Of a stretch of DNA of 64,000 bases, positions 37,895-47,258 are shown in pieces. Location of the stretch: assembly GCA_051252135.1 (NCBI GenBank), contig JBPOGH010000002.1, positions 256,001 to 320,000 of the forward strand, written 5' to 3'. Numbering within the stretch: the first letter of the stretch is position 1; each line of letters starts with the position of its first letter. A program made the position numbers and the translations under genes. The stretch is from Verrucomicrobiaceae bacterium. Its GTDB lineage: Bacteria > Verrucomicrobiota > Verrucomicrobiia > Verrucomicrobiales > Akkermansiaceae. The notes beneath the pieces were generated by a model, which was given only the letters and a program-made list of their open reading frames with translations, did not search any database and had not been told where the DNA came from.

Positions 37895-40141
37895 ATGATC
37901 TTTCGTGCTCTGTTGGCGGTGTGTTTTCTCCCGGGTCTTTGCTTAGGCGGGGTGGAGGAATTCGTGGAAGCGGCGGCGAAGGAAGGGCCGCTGGCGAAGA
38001 GGGCGGCGGAGTTTTTAGTGGAGGGGATGCCGGAGCGGGATCGGGAGGAGTTGTCGGTGGAGTTTTTGATGGAGAACTTGCGGTTGGCGTTGAAGGCGCG
38101 GGAGGAATTCTCTTGGGCGAAGGCGGTGCCGGAAGGGGTATTTTTTAATGATGTGGTGCCTTATGCCTCGCTGGATGAGACGCGGGAGCGTTGGCGGCCG
38201 GAGTTTTATGAGACGTGCTCGAAGTTGGTGAAGGATTGCGAGTCGACGACGGAGGCGGCGCAGGTGATCAACCGGGAGTTTTTTAAGATCATCGGGGTGC
38301 ACTACAACACGGGGCGGAAGGCACCGAACCAGAGTCCGGCTGAGTCGAAGAAGCTGGGGATGGCGACGTGCACGGGACTGTCGATTATTTTGGTGGATGC
38401 GTGTCGATCGGTGGGGGTGCCGGCGCGGGTTGCGGGGACGGCGTTGTGGGCAAACAAGCGGGGGAATCACACGTGGGTGGAGATTTATGACGGGGGGCAG
38501 TGGTTTTTTACGGGAGCGGACGAGTATGATGCGAAGGGGTTGAATCGGGGATGGTTTGCGGGGGATGCCTCGAAGGCGGTGGCGGATGATTGGCGGCATG
38601 CGATTTGGGCGACGTCGTGGCGGAAGACGGGTGATCATTTCCCGATGGTGTGGAGTTTGAAGGATCGGAGTGTGCCGGCGGTGAATGTGACGTCGCGTTA
38701 TGTGAAGGAAGAGAAGGCGGCGGAAGCGACGGCGTATTTTCGATTGTGGGACAAGCGGGGCGGGGAGCGTTTGGTGGGTGAGTTGAAGGTGAGAGATGAG
38801 ACAGGGAAGGTGTTGGGAACGGTGACGACGAAGGCGGGGACGGCGGACTTGAATGATATGGCGTCGGTGCCGGTGAGAGCGGGCGGGAGTTATCGGGTGG
38901 AAGTGACGGTGGGAGATGAGGTGCGGGAGGAGACGTTTTCGGTAGCGAAAGAGAGTGCGACGCTTGATCTGTATTGGGAGGGGCTGGGGCGGACGGCGGG
39001 TATTTTGGAAGAGGTGAAGGGGTGGCTGGCGTTGCTGCCGGAGGAGCGGCATTTGTCGGTGCCGGAGGGGGGGATGTCCGAGGAAGAGGCGGGTGAGGTG
39101 ACGCGCTTGATTGAGGAGTCGCTTCGGGGAGAGATTTTGGAAGAGAGGAAGCAAGATATGAAGAGGCGCGTGGTGAGGGCGGCGGGGAAGGAAATGAAGT
39201 ATTTGGAGCGAGTGTTTGGAGACGCGCCGGAGGGGGAGAGATCACTTTGGATCTCGATGCATGGAGGGGGAGGTGCGCCGGCGCGAGTGAATGACCAACA
39301 GTGGCAGAATCAGATTCGGCTCTATGAGCCGAAGGAAGGGATTGTGGTGGCTCCGCGGGCGCCGACGAATACGTGGAACCTGTGGCATGAGGGTCACATT
39401 GATGCGCTCTTTGATCGTCTGATTGAGGATATGGTGGCGTTGCGCGGGGTGAATCCGAACAAGGTTTACCTGATGGGATACTCGGCGGGTGGCGATGGGG
39501 TTTACCAACTTGCGCCGCGGATGGCGGATCGGTTTGCGGCGGCATCGATGATGGCAGGGCATCCGAATGATGCGAGTCCGTTGGGCTTACGCAATTTGCC
39601 CTTTATGATTTTTATGGGCGGGGAGGATGCGGCTTATAAGCGGAACGAAATTGCGGCGGAGTGGGGGGAGAAGCTGGCGAAATTTCGGGAGGATGATGCG
39701 GAGGGATATGAGCACAAGGTGACGATTTACAAGGGGCTGGGGCATTGGATGAAGGGGAAGGATCGGGAAGCCTTGCCGTGGATGGCGGAGCGGGTGCGGG
39801 AGCCCTGGCCGAAGAAGGTGGTGTGGCATCAGAGCGGGCGGACGCATGATCGGTTTTACTGGTTGGCGGTGCCGGAGGGGACGGGGATGCGCGGGCAGAC
39901 GGTGCGGGCGGAGGTGAAGGGGCAGGTGATTGGGATCGAGAGTGAGGGGGTGGATACTTTACGGTTGAGGTTGAGTGATGCGCTGGTGGACCTGGATGAC
40001 GAGGTGGTGGTGCGGGTGAATGGGGAGGAGAAATTTAAGGGGAAGGTGGAGCGAGAGGTGCGGGCGATTTGGGAGTCGCTGAATGAGCGATTTGATGGGG
40101 TGACGGTGGCGAGTGCAATTTTGACCATTGATTTGAAATGA
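37895..40141 (+). CDS. Transglutaminase-like domain fused to an alpha/beta-hydrolase (PHB depolymerase/esterase-like)
   Basis: ATCTGLS...GVPARVAG...NHTWVE; MHGGG, GYSAGG, GHW. Confidence 0.82.
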   Translation: MIFRALLAVCFLPGLCLGGVEEFVEAAAKEGPLAKRAAEFLVEGMPERDREELSVEFLMENLRLALKAREEFSWAKAVPEGVFFNDVVPYASLDETRERWRPEFYETCSKLVKDCESTTEAAQVINREFFKIIGVHYNTGRKAPNQSPAESKKLGMATCTGLSIILVDACRSVGVPARVAGTALWANKRGNHTWVEIYDGGQWFFTGADEYDAKGLNRGWFAGDASKAVADDWRHAIWATSWRKTGDHFPMVWSLKDRSVPAVNVTSRYVKEEKAAEATAYFRLWDKRGGERLVGELKVRDETGKVLGTVTTKAGTADLNDMASVPVRAGGSYRVEVTVGDEVREETFSVAKESATLDLYWEGLGRTAGILEEVKGWLALLPEERHLSVPEGGMSEEEAGEVTRLIEESLRGEILEERKQDMKRRVVRAAGKEMKYLERVFGDAPEGERSLWISMHGGGGAPARVNDQQWQNQIRLYEPKEGIVVAPRAPTNTWNLWHEGHIDALFDRLIEDMVALRGVNPNKVYLMGYSAGGDGVYQLAPRMADRFAAASMMAGHPNDASPLGLRNLPFMIFMGGEDAAYKRNEIAAEWGEKLAKFREDDAEGYEHKVTIYKGLGHWMKGKDREALPWMAERVREPWPKKVVWHQSGRTHDRFYWLAVPEGTGMRGQTVRAEVKGQVIGIESEGVDTLRLRLSDALVDLDDEVVVRVNGEEKFKGKVEREVRAIWESLNERFDGVTVASAILTIDLK

Positions 40142-40893
40142 GCCCGAGACGATATCGATGTGCAAAAGTGGCGGGGCCGATTGAGGTCGATGGATCGCTG
40201 CGGGATCCGGCGTGGAGCGGGGTGCCTTGGAGTGACGACTTTGTGGACATCACGGGGGAAGAGGCGTTGAAGCCGCGGTATCGGACGCGGGTGAAAATGG
40301 CTTGGGATGAGCACTTTTTTTACGTGGGGGCCGAGCTGGAGGAGCCACATGTCTGGGGGACGATCACGGAGAAGAATGCGGTGATGTTTGAGGACAATGA
40401 CTTTGAGGTGTTCATCGATCCGGATGGGGATGGGTTGAATTATTATGAGTTCGAGATCAATGCGCTGGGGACGATTTGGGAGCTGAGTTTGCCGAAGCCG
40501 TATGGGGAGGGCGGGGTGCCGATCTTGGGCTGTAATTTGGAAGGGCTGAAGAGCACGGTGCAGGTGCGGGGGCGGATCAATGATCCCTCGTGTGAGGATG
40601 AGGGGTGGTCGGTGGAAGTGGCCTTTCCGTGGTCGGAGTTGAAGAAGTATCACAAGGAGGGTGCGGTGCCGCCGAAGCCGGGGGATGTGTGGAAGGTGAA
40701 TTTTTCACGGGTGCAGTGGAAGCACGAGGTGGTGGACGGTGGATACGTGCGGATTCCGCCGCATGGGACGCCGATTGCGGAGAGTCTGAATCCGGAAGAG
40801 CAGCCGCATCCGGAAGATAACTGGGTGTGGAGTCCGCAGGGGGCGGTGAACATGCACCTGCCGGGGAGGTGGGGCGAGGTGGAGTTTGCTTAG
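40138..40893 (+). CDS. Carbohydrate-binding family 9-like protein
   Basis: IEVDG.L.D..W, EVFIDPDG, YYEFEINALG, WSVEVAFPW, NFSR; ATGA overlap with the upstream gene. Confidence 0.85.
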   Translation: MSPRRYRCAKVAGPIEVDGSLRDPAWSGVPWSDDFVDITGEEALKPRYRTRVKMAWDEHFFYVGAELEEPHVWGTITEKNAVMFEDNDFEVFIDPDGDGLNYYEFEINALGTIWELSLPKPYGEGGVPILGCNLEGLKSTVQVRGRINDPSCEDEGWSVEVAFPWSELKKYHKEGAVPPKPGDVWKVNFSRVQWKHEVVDGGYVRIPPHGTPIAESLNPEEQPHPEDNWVWSPQGAVNMHLPGRWGEVEFA

Positions 40894-40901
40894 GGGGCGG
40901 G

Positions 40902-43900
40902 TTAGCGTTGGGAGACGTGGATGCGGAGGAGTTGGGCGGGGTGTTGGTCGATGGCGTCGGTGATGCGGTAGGTTTCGGTGGAGGTGCCGTCGCCGTTGTT
41001 TACGGAGTTGAGGAAGGTGACGTCGTCGATGTCGCTGGTCCAGTCGAGGAGGTTGTCGGAGATTTGGATGGTGTATTTGATGTCATCGGCGGCGAGATTT
41101 CGGCGGTAGGAGATGGTGAAGAAATCGCGGGGTGGGTTGCCGGTGCGGGTTTTGGAGGAGAAGGGGAGGATGGTGTCCCGGGCGGATTGGTCCGAGCTGC
41201 CGAAGGCGTATTCGAGGAGGGCGGGGGTGCCGTCGAAGTCGAGGTCGGCATTGGGGGTGCCGGCGAAGAGGGAGGCGTCGGATCCGCCGGGGGTGGGGGT
41301 GCCTACGCTGGGGCGCCAGTTGGTTCCGGAGTTGTGGGCGGGGTTGGCGCCCGGGTTGACGAGGACGAGGCTGGAGCCGCCGCCATCGGCGCTGAGGGGC
41401 CAGGGGAGTTGGTCGTTGAAGGTGAGGCTTTGGATGATGGAGTCATCCCGGGCGACGAGCTCGAGGTATTCGCCATCGTTGTTGAGGTTGCCCTCGAACT
41501 CGCCGGCGATGAGGGAGGCGGGGACGGAGGGGTAGCGTGCGGTGAAGGCTTCGAGCTTATTGACGATGATGAGGCGTGCGCCGGGGGAGAGGATGAGTCC
41601 GGTGAGGGAGTTGGAGAAATTGAAGGTGACCCCTTGGGTGAAGCGGACGTTGGTAAGGTCGACATTTTGCGCGGAGATGTTGGCGATCTCGATGAACTCG
41701 AATTCGCTGCGGTCGGTGAATCCGGCGGCTTCTTCTTCGAGTGAGAGGGAAGCGGGGCGGTAGTCGATTTCCGAGATGACGAGGTTTGTTTCATCGGCGA
41801 GGGCGGTATCGACGAAGAAGAAGGCGGTGTTGAGGGCGGACCACTCGGTGCCGTCGAGGGCGCGGGCCTTGAGGTCTCCGCTGTTGGCGAGGAAGAGGGC
41901 GGAGACGTCGTTGGGTTCGGTGCCGCGGAGGCGGAGGTCGAAGGAGACGTCCGAGCTGGTGCGGGAGATTTGGTGGACTTCGACGGCGAGGACGTTGGTG
42001 CCGTTGACGAGGTGGGAAACGTCGACGGCTTTGTTGTAGAAGGTTGTTTCGTCCGCTCCGCCGACGACATCTCTGGCGGTGGAGTCGAAGTTGATGGGGC
42101 CGTCGTCCATGTTGGAGCGGAAGACCTCGGCTCCATTGAGGTAGACGATGGCTCCGTCATCGCGCTGGAGTTCGAGTGAGAGGGCGGTGAAGTCCGAAGG
42201 GTCACTCACTTCGAATGTACGACGGAAGTAGTAGGTGAGGTGTTTTTGGTTTTCGACGCCCCCGAAGGAAATCTCGGTGGTGGGGTTGTTATCGTAACCG
42301 AGTTGGGCATTTCCGGAGGGCCAGGAGGAGTCATTGAAGGCGGATTCCTTCCAGGCGGTGCCTTGGTCGGAGCCGTCGTCGAGATACTTCCATTCGGAGC
42401 CATCGGCGACGAGGGTGGTGGTGTTGACGGAGCCATCATAGATGGTGGCATCGGGATTGATGGTGCCGCCGGGGAGGCGGGGGTCGGAGCCGTTGGTGGT
42501 GTAGTAGATGGCGCCGGAGGTGTTGGACATGGTGAGTTCGGTGGCGCTGGAAATATGGCCGCCGTGTTGGCTGAAGACGGGGGCGTCGGTTCCGGGGTAG
42601 AGATTGGCGCCCCGGAGTTGCGAGAGGGCGACATTGGTGCGCTGGGGGAGGTAGGAATTGAGGAGGCGGTCGCGCTCGGTGGCCCACTCGGCATTGCGGG
42701 TGTAGGGATTGGCGCGCTTGGAGTCTCCCCAGCGGGCGGACTCGCCGACGATGGCGCGATCGATGAACGTGGCGAGGGCCTGGTAGCGGGGGACGGTTTG
42801 TTGGGAGGTGAGTGCTCCGCCATTGAACATGTGTTGGTGGGCGCGGTCGGCAAACTGGAGGCGGAACTCGGCGTTGGCGCGGAGTTGGGAGTAGAGGCGC
42901 GAGGGTTTGTCGGCTTGGCCGACGCCGGTTTTGTTGTCGCCGCCGAGGTTTTCGAGGGAGCGTTCGGCGTCCCAGCAGACGAACTTGTATCCGCCGCCAT
43001 CAACGCGGGGGTTGATGGAGTACCAGTTGTGGTCATCCCAATCGAGGTTGCCGCCCCAGAAGTTGAGCATCATGTAGTCGATGAGGTTGGGGATATCGAC
43101 GAACTCGGAAAGGGCGTCGTATCCGGCTTGATCACCGACTCCGGCGTTGGCGATGTTGTGGGCTTGGATCCAGTCGGCGGCGGTGCCATCGACGACATTG
43201 CGCGGGTAGGAATTGAGGGCGTCCCAGTCTTCTTTTTTACCGCCGTAGTAGGATGAGCCGAAGTCGGCATTGGGTCGTTCGACGGCGTTGTAGATGCCCC
43301 AGTATTCGCCATTGAGGTAGAGGTGGAAGAAGGTGCCGTGCGGGGAGGCGTGGCCCATGGCGAGTTGGGAGTTGTGGATGAATTGGTCGCGGAGGTATTG
43401 GGCGCGTTCTTCCTCGGAAGTGACGCCACGGTGCCAGGTGTTGTTGAAGCCGGACCGGAGGATGATGCTATCGAAGGTTTCGACGGCACCATTTGCATCC
43501 TCGGTGGCATCCCGGAAGAGAGGGAAGCGGAGCTTGGTGTCTCCGTAGTCGCGCTTGAAGAGGAGGCGGAAGCTGTGCTTGGGGAAGTTGGCATTGCGTC
43601 CGACGCCGCCTTGCATACGGACGCCGCACATGAGTTGTTTGTCATTTCGGCCATCGGGGTAGACGAACTCGACGGAGCCCTGGCGTTCCCAGGCGATGCC
43701 GGATTGATTGGAGTTATCGTAGATGCCGCTGCCGCCGAAGAGGCTGTTGTTGGGCATGGAGAGGGAGATGGTGGGGATGGATTTCAGGTCATCGCGGATG
43801 GTGCTGCTGTAGGCCGGGTCATCGACGACATCGGAATCCATTTCCGGTTGGTTGATGATGTCATCGACGAAGAAGTAGGTGTGGGCGTCGATGTTGGTGG

Positions 43901-45887
43901 GGATGAGGCCGGTTTTATAGGCGATGGCCTTGATGGGGGTGGTGGAGGAAATGGTGATGGGTCCGGTGTAGAGGGTGCCGTTTCCGGGGGTGGGATCGGA
44001 GCCGTCGGTGGTGTATCGGATTTGTGCGCCCTCGGTGGCTGTGGCGATGGTGACGGAGATGGGGGCGTCGTAGAAGCCGCGGTCGGGATCGAAGGTGGTG
44101 TCGCGGACGAAGTCGCTTTGGCCGGTGGGGTTGGTTCCGTTGGGGGTGGGGTTGTTGAAGTATCCGAAGGTGGTGCCATCGGGGTTGAGGCCGTAGGAGA
44201 TGCCGGGGAATTGTTCGGGGTAGGGATCGAACTCGGACAGGATGATGATGCCGCCATTTCCCTGCTTGGTGAGGGCGAGGTATTCGCCGGAGGCGCGGAG
44301 GCTGAAGTTGGTGTGGAGCTCGGAGCCGGTGCGGTCTTTTCCGGAGGCGAAGACGACGAAGTGATCGAGCTGGTCCAGGGTCCTGTCGGGGATGCGCCAC
44401 TTGGTGAGATCGTTGGGATCATCGGTGAGGTAGTAGTCGGTGAGGAGGGCGGTGGAGGCGCTGGGGTTGTAGATTTCGATCCAGTCGGAGTCGTCGCCGT
44501 CCTCGTCGGTGAGGGAGCCGGCATTGTCGGCGGAGAACTCCGAGATGACGGGCTCGCCGGGGATGATGACGGTGATCTGGAGATTCTTGGCGGAAGTGCC
44601 GTTGGGGTTGGTGGCGGTGAGAGTGAAGGTTTCGGTGCTGGTGGCGGTGTAGGAAAAGGTGGTGGTGCCGGTGACGTCGGTTCCGTTGAGGTCGAGCGAG
44701 GTGGCATTGAGGACGTTCCAGGAGAGGGTGACGGGGGAGTCGGGGGGGACGATGCCATCAGTGGCGGTGAAGAACTCGATGATGGGATTCGGGGTGACCT
44801 CGACGCTGACGGTTCGGGCGTTGGTGCCATCGGGATTGGTGGCGCTGAGGGTGTAGGTGGTGTTGGCGGTGGGTCCGGGGTCGAGGGTGATGGAGCCGGT
44901 GCCGTTGGTGGTGAGGGGGAGGACGTCGCCGATGCCGTTGTCGATACTGATGGCGGTGGCTGATGTTCCCACTTCCCAGGAGAGAGTGATGGGATCGCCG
45001 GTGGGGATGAAGGGGTGGTCGACGGTGAAGGAGGAAACGCCGGGTCCGGTGCTGCCGGCGACGCCGGAGCCATCGGTGGCGAGTTGGACGAAGAGGCGTC
45101 CGTCGGCGGGATCGGCTGCGAGGTAGTCCCAGGTGGTGTCTCCGACGGTGGCGGAAGTGCCGGGGCCGCAGTCGTGCGCGACGATGAGCTCGTTGACCTG
45201 GCCGAGGGTGTATTGGAACTCGGGGTTTTGAGCGAGTGAGTGGATGGCGGCGACGTGGTGGTCATTGAGGGCAGAGGAAAAGATGCCGAGGTCATCGATG
45301 CGGCCGTTCCAGGTGCGGTCGAGGCGGTCGGCGTTGGTGCCGATGGTCAGGGGTTGGCCATTGGAGTCGAGGCCGGGTCCGCTGCCGGTGGCGATGAGGG
45401 CGCCATCGAGGTAGAGGCGGGTGGCGACTCCGGCCTCCGAGACGGCGACGATGTGGTGCCATTGGCCGTCGTTGATGTTTCCACCGGAGATATCGCCCGA
45501 GCCGCCGGCGTAGCTGATTTCATCGGTGGTGCCTCGGCGGGCGACGCGCCAATTGGAGCCTTCTCCTTTGCCGACGAGGCATTGCCAGCCTTTGTTGAAG
45601 GAATCGACGGTGCACCAGGTGGAGATGGAGATGTTGGCTCCGCCTTGGGTGACATCGGTGCTGTTTGGGATGGAGACGTAGTTGGAGCCGTTGAGTTCGA
45701 GGCCGTTGCCGAAGACGCCGGTGTTGAAATCGGCGGTGCCGACCCAGGTTCCGTTGTCGGTGGTGGTTCCGGCGGTGGAGAGGTCGTTGAGTTGGTCATC
45801 GAAGCTCCAGTAGCTGACGAGGGTGTCAGAGGAGGCAGCCCGGAGGGGGCTGAGGGCGATGAGGAGAAGGAAAAAAGCGGCGCGCAT
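40902..45887 (-). CDS. Large secreted LamG / Ig-like / lamin-tail / CotH kinase family protein
   Basis: LamG (WHHIV); LTD (VISEF...DWIEIYN); YTTDGSDP; CotH motifs KHSFRL, LRD, LYLNGEYWGIY..VER, DW..HNW, WDAE. Confidence 0.88.
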   Translation of the reverse strand: MRAAFFLLLIALSPLRAASSDTLVSYWSFDDQLNDLSTAGTTTDNGTWVGTADFNTGVFGNGLELNGSNYVSIPNSTDVTQGGANISISTWCTVDSFNKGWQCLVGKGEGSNWRVARRGTTDEISYAGGSGDISGGNINDGQWHHIVAVSEAGVATRLYLDGALIATGSGPGLDSNGQPLTIGTNADRLDRTWNGRIDDLGIFSSALNDHHVAAIHSLAQNPEFQYTLGQVNELIVAHDCGPGTSATVGDTTWDYLAADPADGRLFVQLATDGSGVAGSTGPGVSSFTVDHPFIPTGDPITLSWEVGTSATAISIDNGIGDVLPLTTNGTGSITLDPGPTANTTYTLSATNPDGTNARTVSVEVTPNPIIEFFTATDGIVPPDSPVTLSWNVLNATSLDLNGTDVTGTTTFSYTATSTETFTLTATNPNGTSAKNLQITVIIPGEPVISEFSADNAGSLTDEDGDDSDWIEIYNPSASTALLTDYYLTDDPNDLTKWRIPDRTLDQLDHFVVFASGKDRTGSELHTNFSLRASGEYLALTKQGNGGIIILSEFDPYPEQFPGISYGLNPDGTTFGYFNNPTPNGTNPTGQSDFVRDTTFDPDRGFYDAPISVTIATATEGAQIRYTTDGSDPTPGNGTLYTGPITISSTTPIKAIAYKTGLIPTNIDAHTYFFVDDIINQPEMDSDVVDDPAYSSTIRDDLKSIPTISLSMPNNSLFGGSGIYDNSNQSGIAWERQGSVEFVYPDGRNDKQLMCGVRMQGGVGRNANFPKHSFRLLFKRDYGDTKLRFPLFRDATEDANGAVETFDSIILRSGFNNTWHRGVTSEEERAQYLRDQFIHNSQLAMGHASPHGTFFHLYLNGEYWGIYNAVERPNADFGSSYYGGKKEDWDALNSYPRNVVDGTAADWIQAHNIANAGVGDQAGYDALSEFVDIPNLIDYMMLNFWGGNLDWDDHNWYSINPRVDGGGYKFVCWDAERSLENLGGDNKTGVGQADKPSRLYSQLRANAEFRLQFADRAHQHMFNGGALTSQQTVPRYQALATFIDRAIVGESARWGDSKRANPYTRNAEWATERDRLLNSYLPQRTNVALSQLRGANLYPGTDAPVFSQHGGHISSATELTMSNTSGAIYYTTNGSDPRLPGGTINPDATIYDGSVNTTTLVADGSEWKYLDDGSDQGTAWKESAFNDSSWPSGNAQLGYDNNPTTEISFGGVENQKHLTYYFRRTFEVSDPSDFTALSLELQRDDGAIVYLNGAEVFRSNMDDGPINFDSTARDVVGGADETTFYNKAVDVSHLVNGTNVLAVEVHQISRTSSDVSFDLRLRGTEPNDVSALFLANSGDLKARALDGTEWSALNTAFFFVDTALADETNLVISEIDYRPASLSLEEEAAGFTDRSEFEFIEIANISAQNVDLTNVRFTQGVTFNFSNSLTGLILSPGARLIIVNKLEAFTARYPSVPASLIAGEFEGNLNNDGEYLELVARDDSIIQSLTFNDQLPWPLSADGGGSSLVLVNPGANPAHNSGTNWRPSVGTPTPGGSDASLFAGTPNADLDFDGTPALLEYAFGSSDQSARDTILPFSSKTRTGNPPRDFFTISYRRNLAADDIKYTIQISDNLLDWTSDIDDVTFLNSVNNGDGTSTETYRITDAIDQHPAQLLRIHVSQR

Positions 45888-45988
45888 GAAGCGGTGAGAC
45901 TACAAAATTGGAGCAAAGAGAGAAGTTTGTAGTTTTGGGGTGCCGGAGAAGGGGAATGTTCCCGTCCCTGCCGGGGGACAGGAAAAAT

Positions 45989-46017
45989 TTGGCAGAGATC
46001 GGGGTTTGAGGTATTGT
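45989..46017 (+). promoter_or_regulatory. Putative sigma70 promoter of the TA operon (leaderless)
   Basis: TTGGCA-17bp-TATTGT, ATG 5 nt after the -10 box. Confidence 0.55.
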
Positions 46018-46022
46018 AAAAA

Positions 46023-46232
46023 ATGAACGCGGCGGAGATTCAAGAGGAAGCAATGACCCTTCCGGAAGATGAGCGGGCAAGACTTGCTGCAGATTTACTG
46101 GAGTCGTTGCCCGTGGTGCTCTCTGATCCTGATGACGGGTCGGCAGAAGGACGTCGTCGCATTGATGAGATGAAGGGTGATCCTTCTGTGGGTCGCTCGT
46201 GGGAGGAGATTAGAACCGGTCTTGGCAGATAG
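46023..46232 (+). CDS. Addiction module antitoxin (TIGR02574-like)
   Basis: EAMTLPEDERARLAADLLESL...E..RR..E......SWEEI; directly precedes a RelE/ParE toxin. Confidence 0.88.
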   Translation: MNAAEIQEEAMTLPEDERARLAADLLESLPVVLSDPDDGSAEGRRRIDEMKGDPSVGRSWEEIRTGLGR

Positions 46233-46532
46233 GTGCCCGAGTTCATTTTCCATCGGCTGGTCCAACGGGATTTGCGATCCGCTCTTGATTATTATGACGG
46301 AGAGGGAGGCTCGAAACTCGGGGACAGATTTTTCATTGAGGTTGAGGCGGCGGTAGCATCGATCATGCAGAATCCACAGGGGCATCATTTTTCTGACGGC
46401 GAACTGCGCAGGGTTTCCTTGAAGTCATTCCCGTATCATTTTCTCTACGAAGTGGATGATCATGCTGTTTGAGTCGCGGTGTTGCGGCATGATAGACGAC
46501 ATCCCAATTTTGGGCTGCGAAGAAAGAAATAA
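46233..46532 (+). pseudogene. RelE/ParE toxin interrupted by an in-frame TGA at 46470-46472
   Basis: FHRLVQRDL...LGDRF...FPYHFLY..DDHAV* continues in frame as VAVLRHDRRHPNFGLRRKK* (TAA 46530-46532), a typical ParE C-terminus. Confidence 0.82.
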
Positions 46533-46567
46533 GAGGGCGCTTCCTGCTGACTTTGGGGGGATGGACC

Positions 46568-46597
46568 TTGACGGGGGATTCTCCAAATCGATATAAT
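46568..46597 (+). promoter_or_regulatory. Near-consensus sigma70 promoter upstream of the gene cassette
   Basis: TTGACG-18bp-TATAAT. Confidence 0.65.
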
Positions 46598-46615
46598 TTC
46601 GTAATCCTGTGAAGT

Positions 46616-46676
46616 GGGAAATAGGGGGATGCACGCAGACCCCGGTTCCCGGGGCAGGTGATCCCTACTGTTCGCT
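46616..46676 (+). repeat. Degenerate attC site (61 bp)
   Basis: R'' GGGAAAT (AAC changed to AAT), 5-bp spacer, L'' GAT(G)CAC pairing with L' GTGATC, 6-bp spacer, R' GTTCGCT. Confidence 0.6.
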
Positions 46677-46682
46677 TCAAAA

Positions 46683-47258
46683 ATGAACCAAGAAGAACTC
46701 ACCGAAACGTTCAGGAAGCTGGGCGCAAACGATCCCGAATCGTGGGCAAGTTCCCAGGTGAGCGAGGGCATTCCCCAACTGGGGCGATTCTTAGTGATTC
46801 GTGCGATGTGGGACTGCGTCACTCGCGCAGGAACGACGAACTGGATCGACTACGAATTGAAGCATTCGGCTGATTCACCCCATGGCAAGGCTCTCCAACA
46901 GATGCTCGATGCGGGGGTGAGCCGCGAAGCGATAACCGAACTCGTAAGATTCAAGGAGGCGGAAGCACTTCGGGAGGTTTGCTATCTACTCGAGGATTAC
47001 ACCTCTGTTCCGCAGAACTCCAATCCTGACACAGGAGAGGAGTATGTCAGATGGGGACTGCACGAACTCGACGCTGAGGATCAGCCAACAGCGACCCCGA
47101 TCAATGGGCTGCACGAATCCTTTTGGAGGCTCGATCCCGCGTTACCCGAGAACCAACAAAGCGAACAAGTCGGCGCTGACCAACCCGCTACCGCTCAGGA
47201 CTCGAAATCTGAGGGCAACGAAAAACCCAATCCTGAATCGGAGGCGCGCTCCCAGTAG
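46683..47258 (+). CDS. Hypothetical protein carried on an integron-type gene cassette
   Basis: ATG 13 nt after the start of GTTCGCT; C-terminal tail is read through the attC; composition lacks the local G skew. Confidence 0.8.
   Translation: MNQEELTETFRKLGANDPESWASSQVSEGIPQLGRFLVIRAMWDCVTRAGTTNWIDYELKHSADSPHGKALQQMLDAGVSREAITELVRFKEAEALREVCYLLEDYTSVPQNSNPDTGEEYVRWGLHELDAEDQPTATPINGLHESFWRLDPALPENQQSEQVGADQPATAQDSKSEGNEKPNPESEARSQ

Noticed and set aside
43323..45295. Long overlapping ORFs (546 aa +, 503 aa -) and similar ones at 10144, 30493, 59957 and 62381
   Set aside because: Antisense or alternate-frame shadows of real genes caused by high GC and codon bias; low-complexity P/S/T or G/V/E translations with no motifs.
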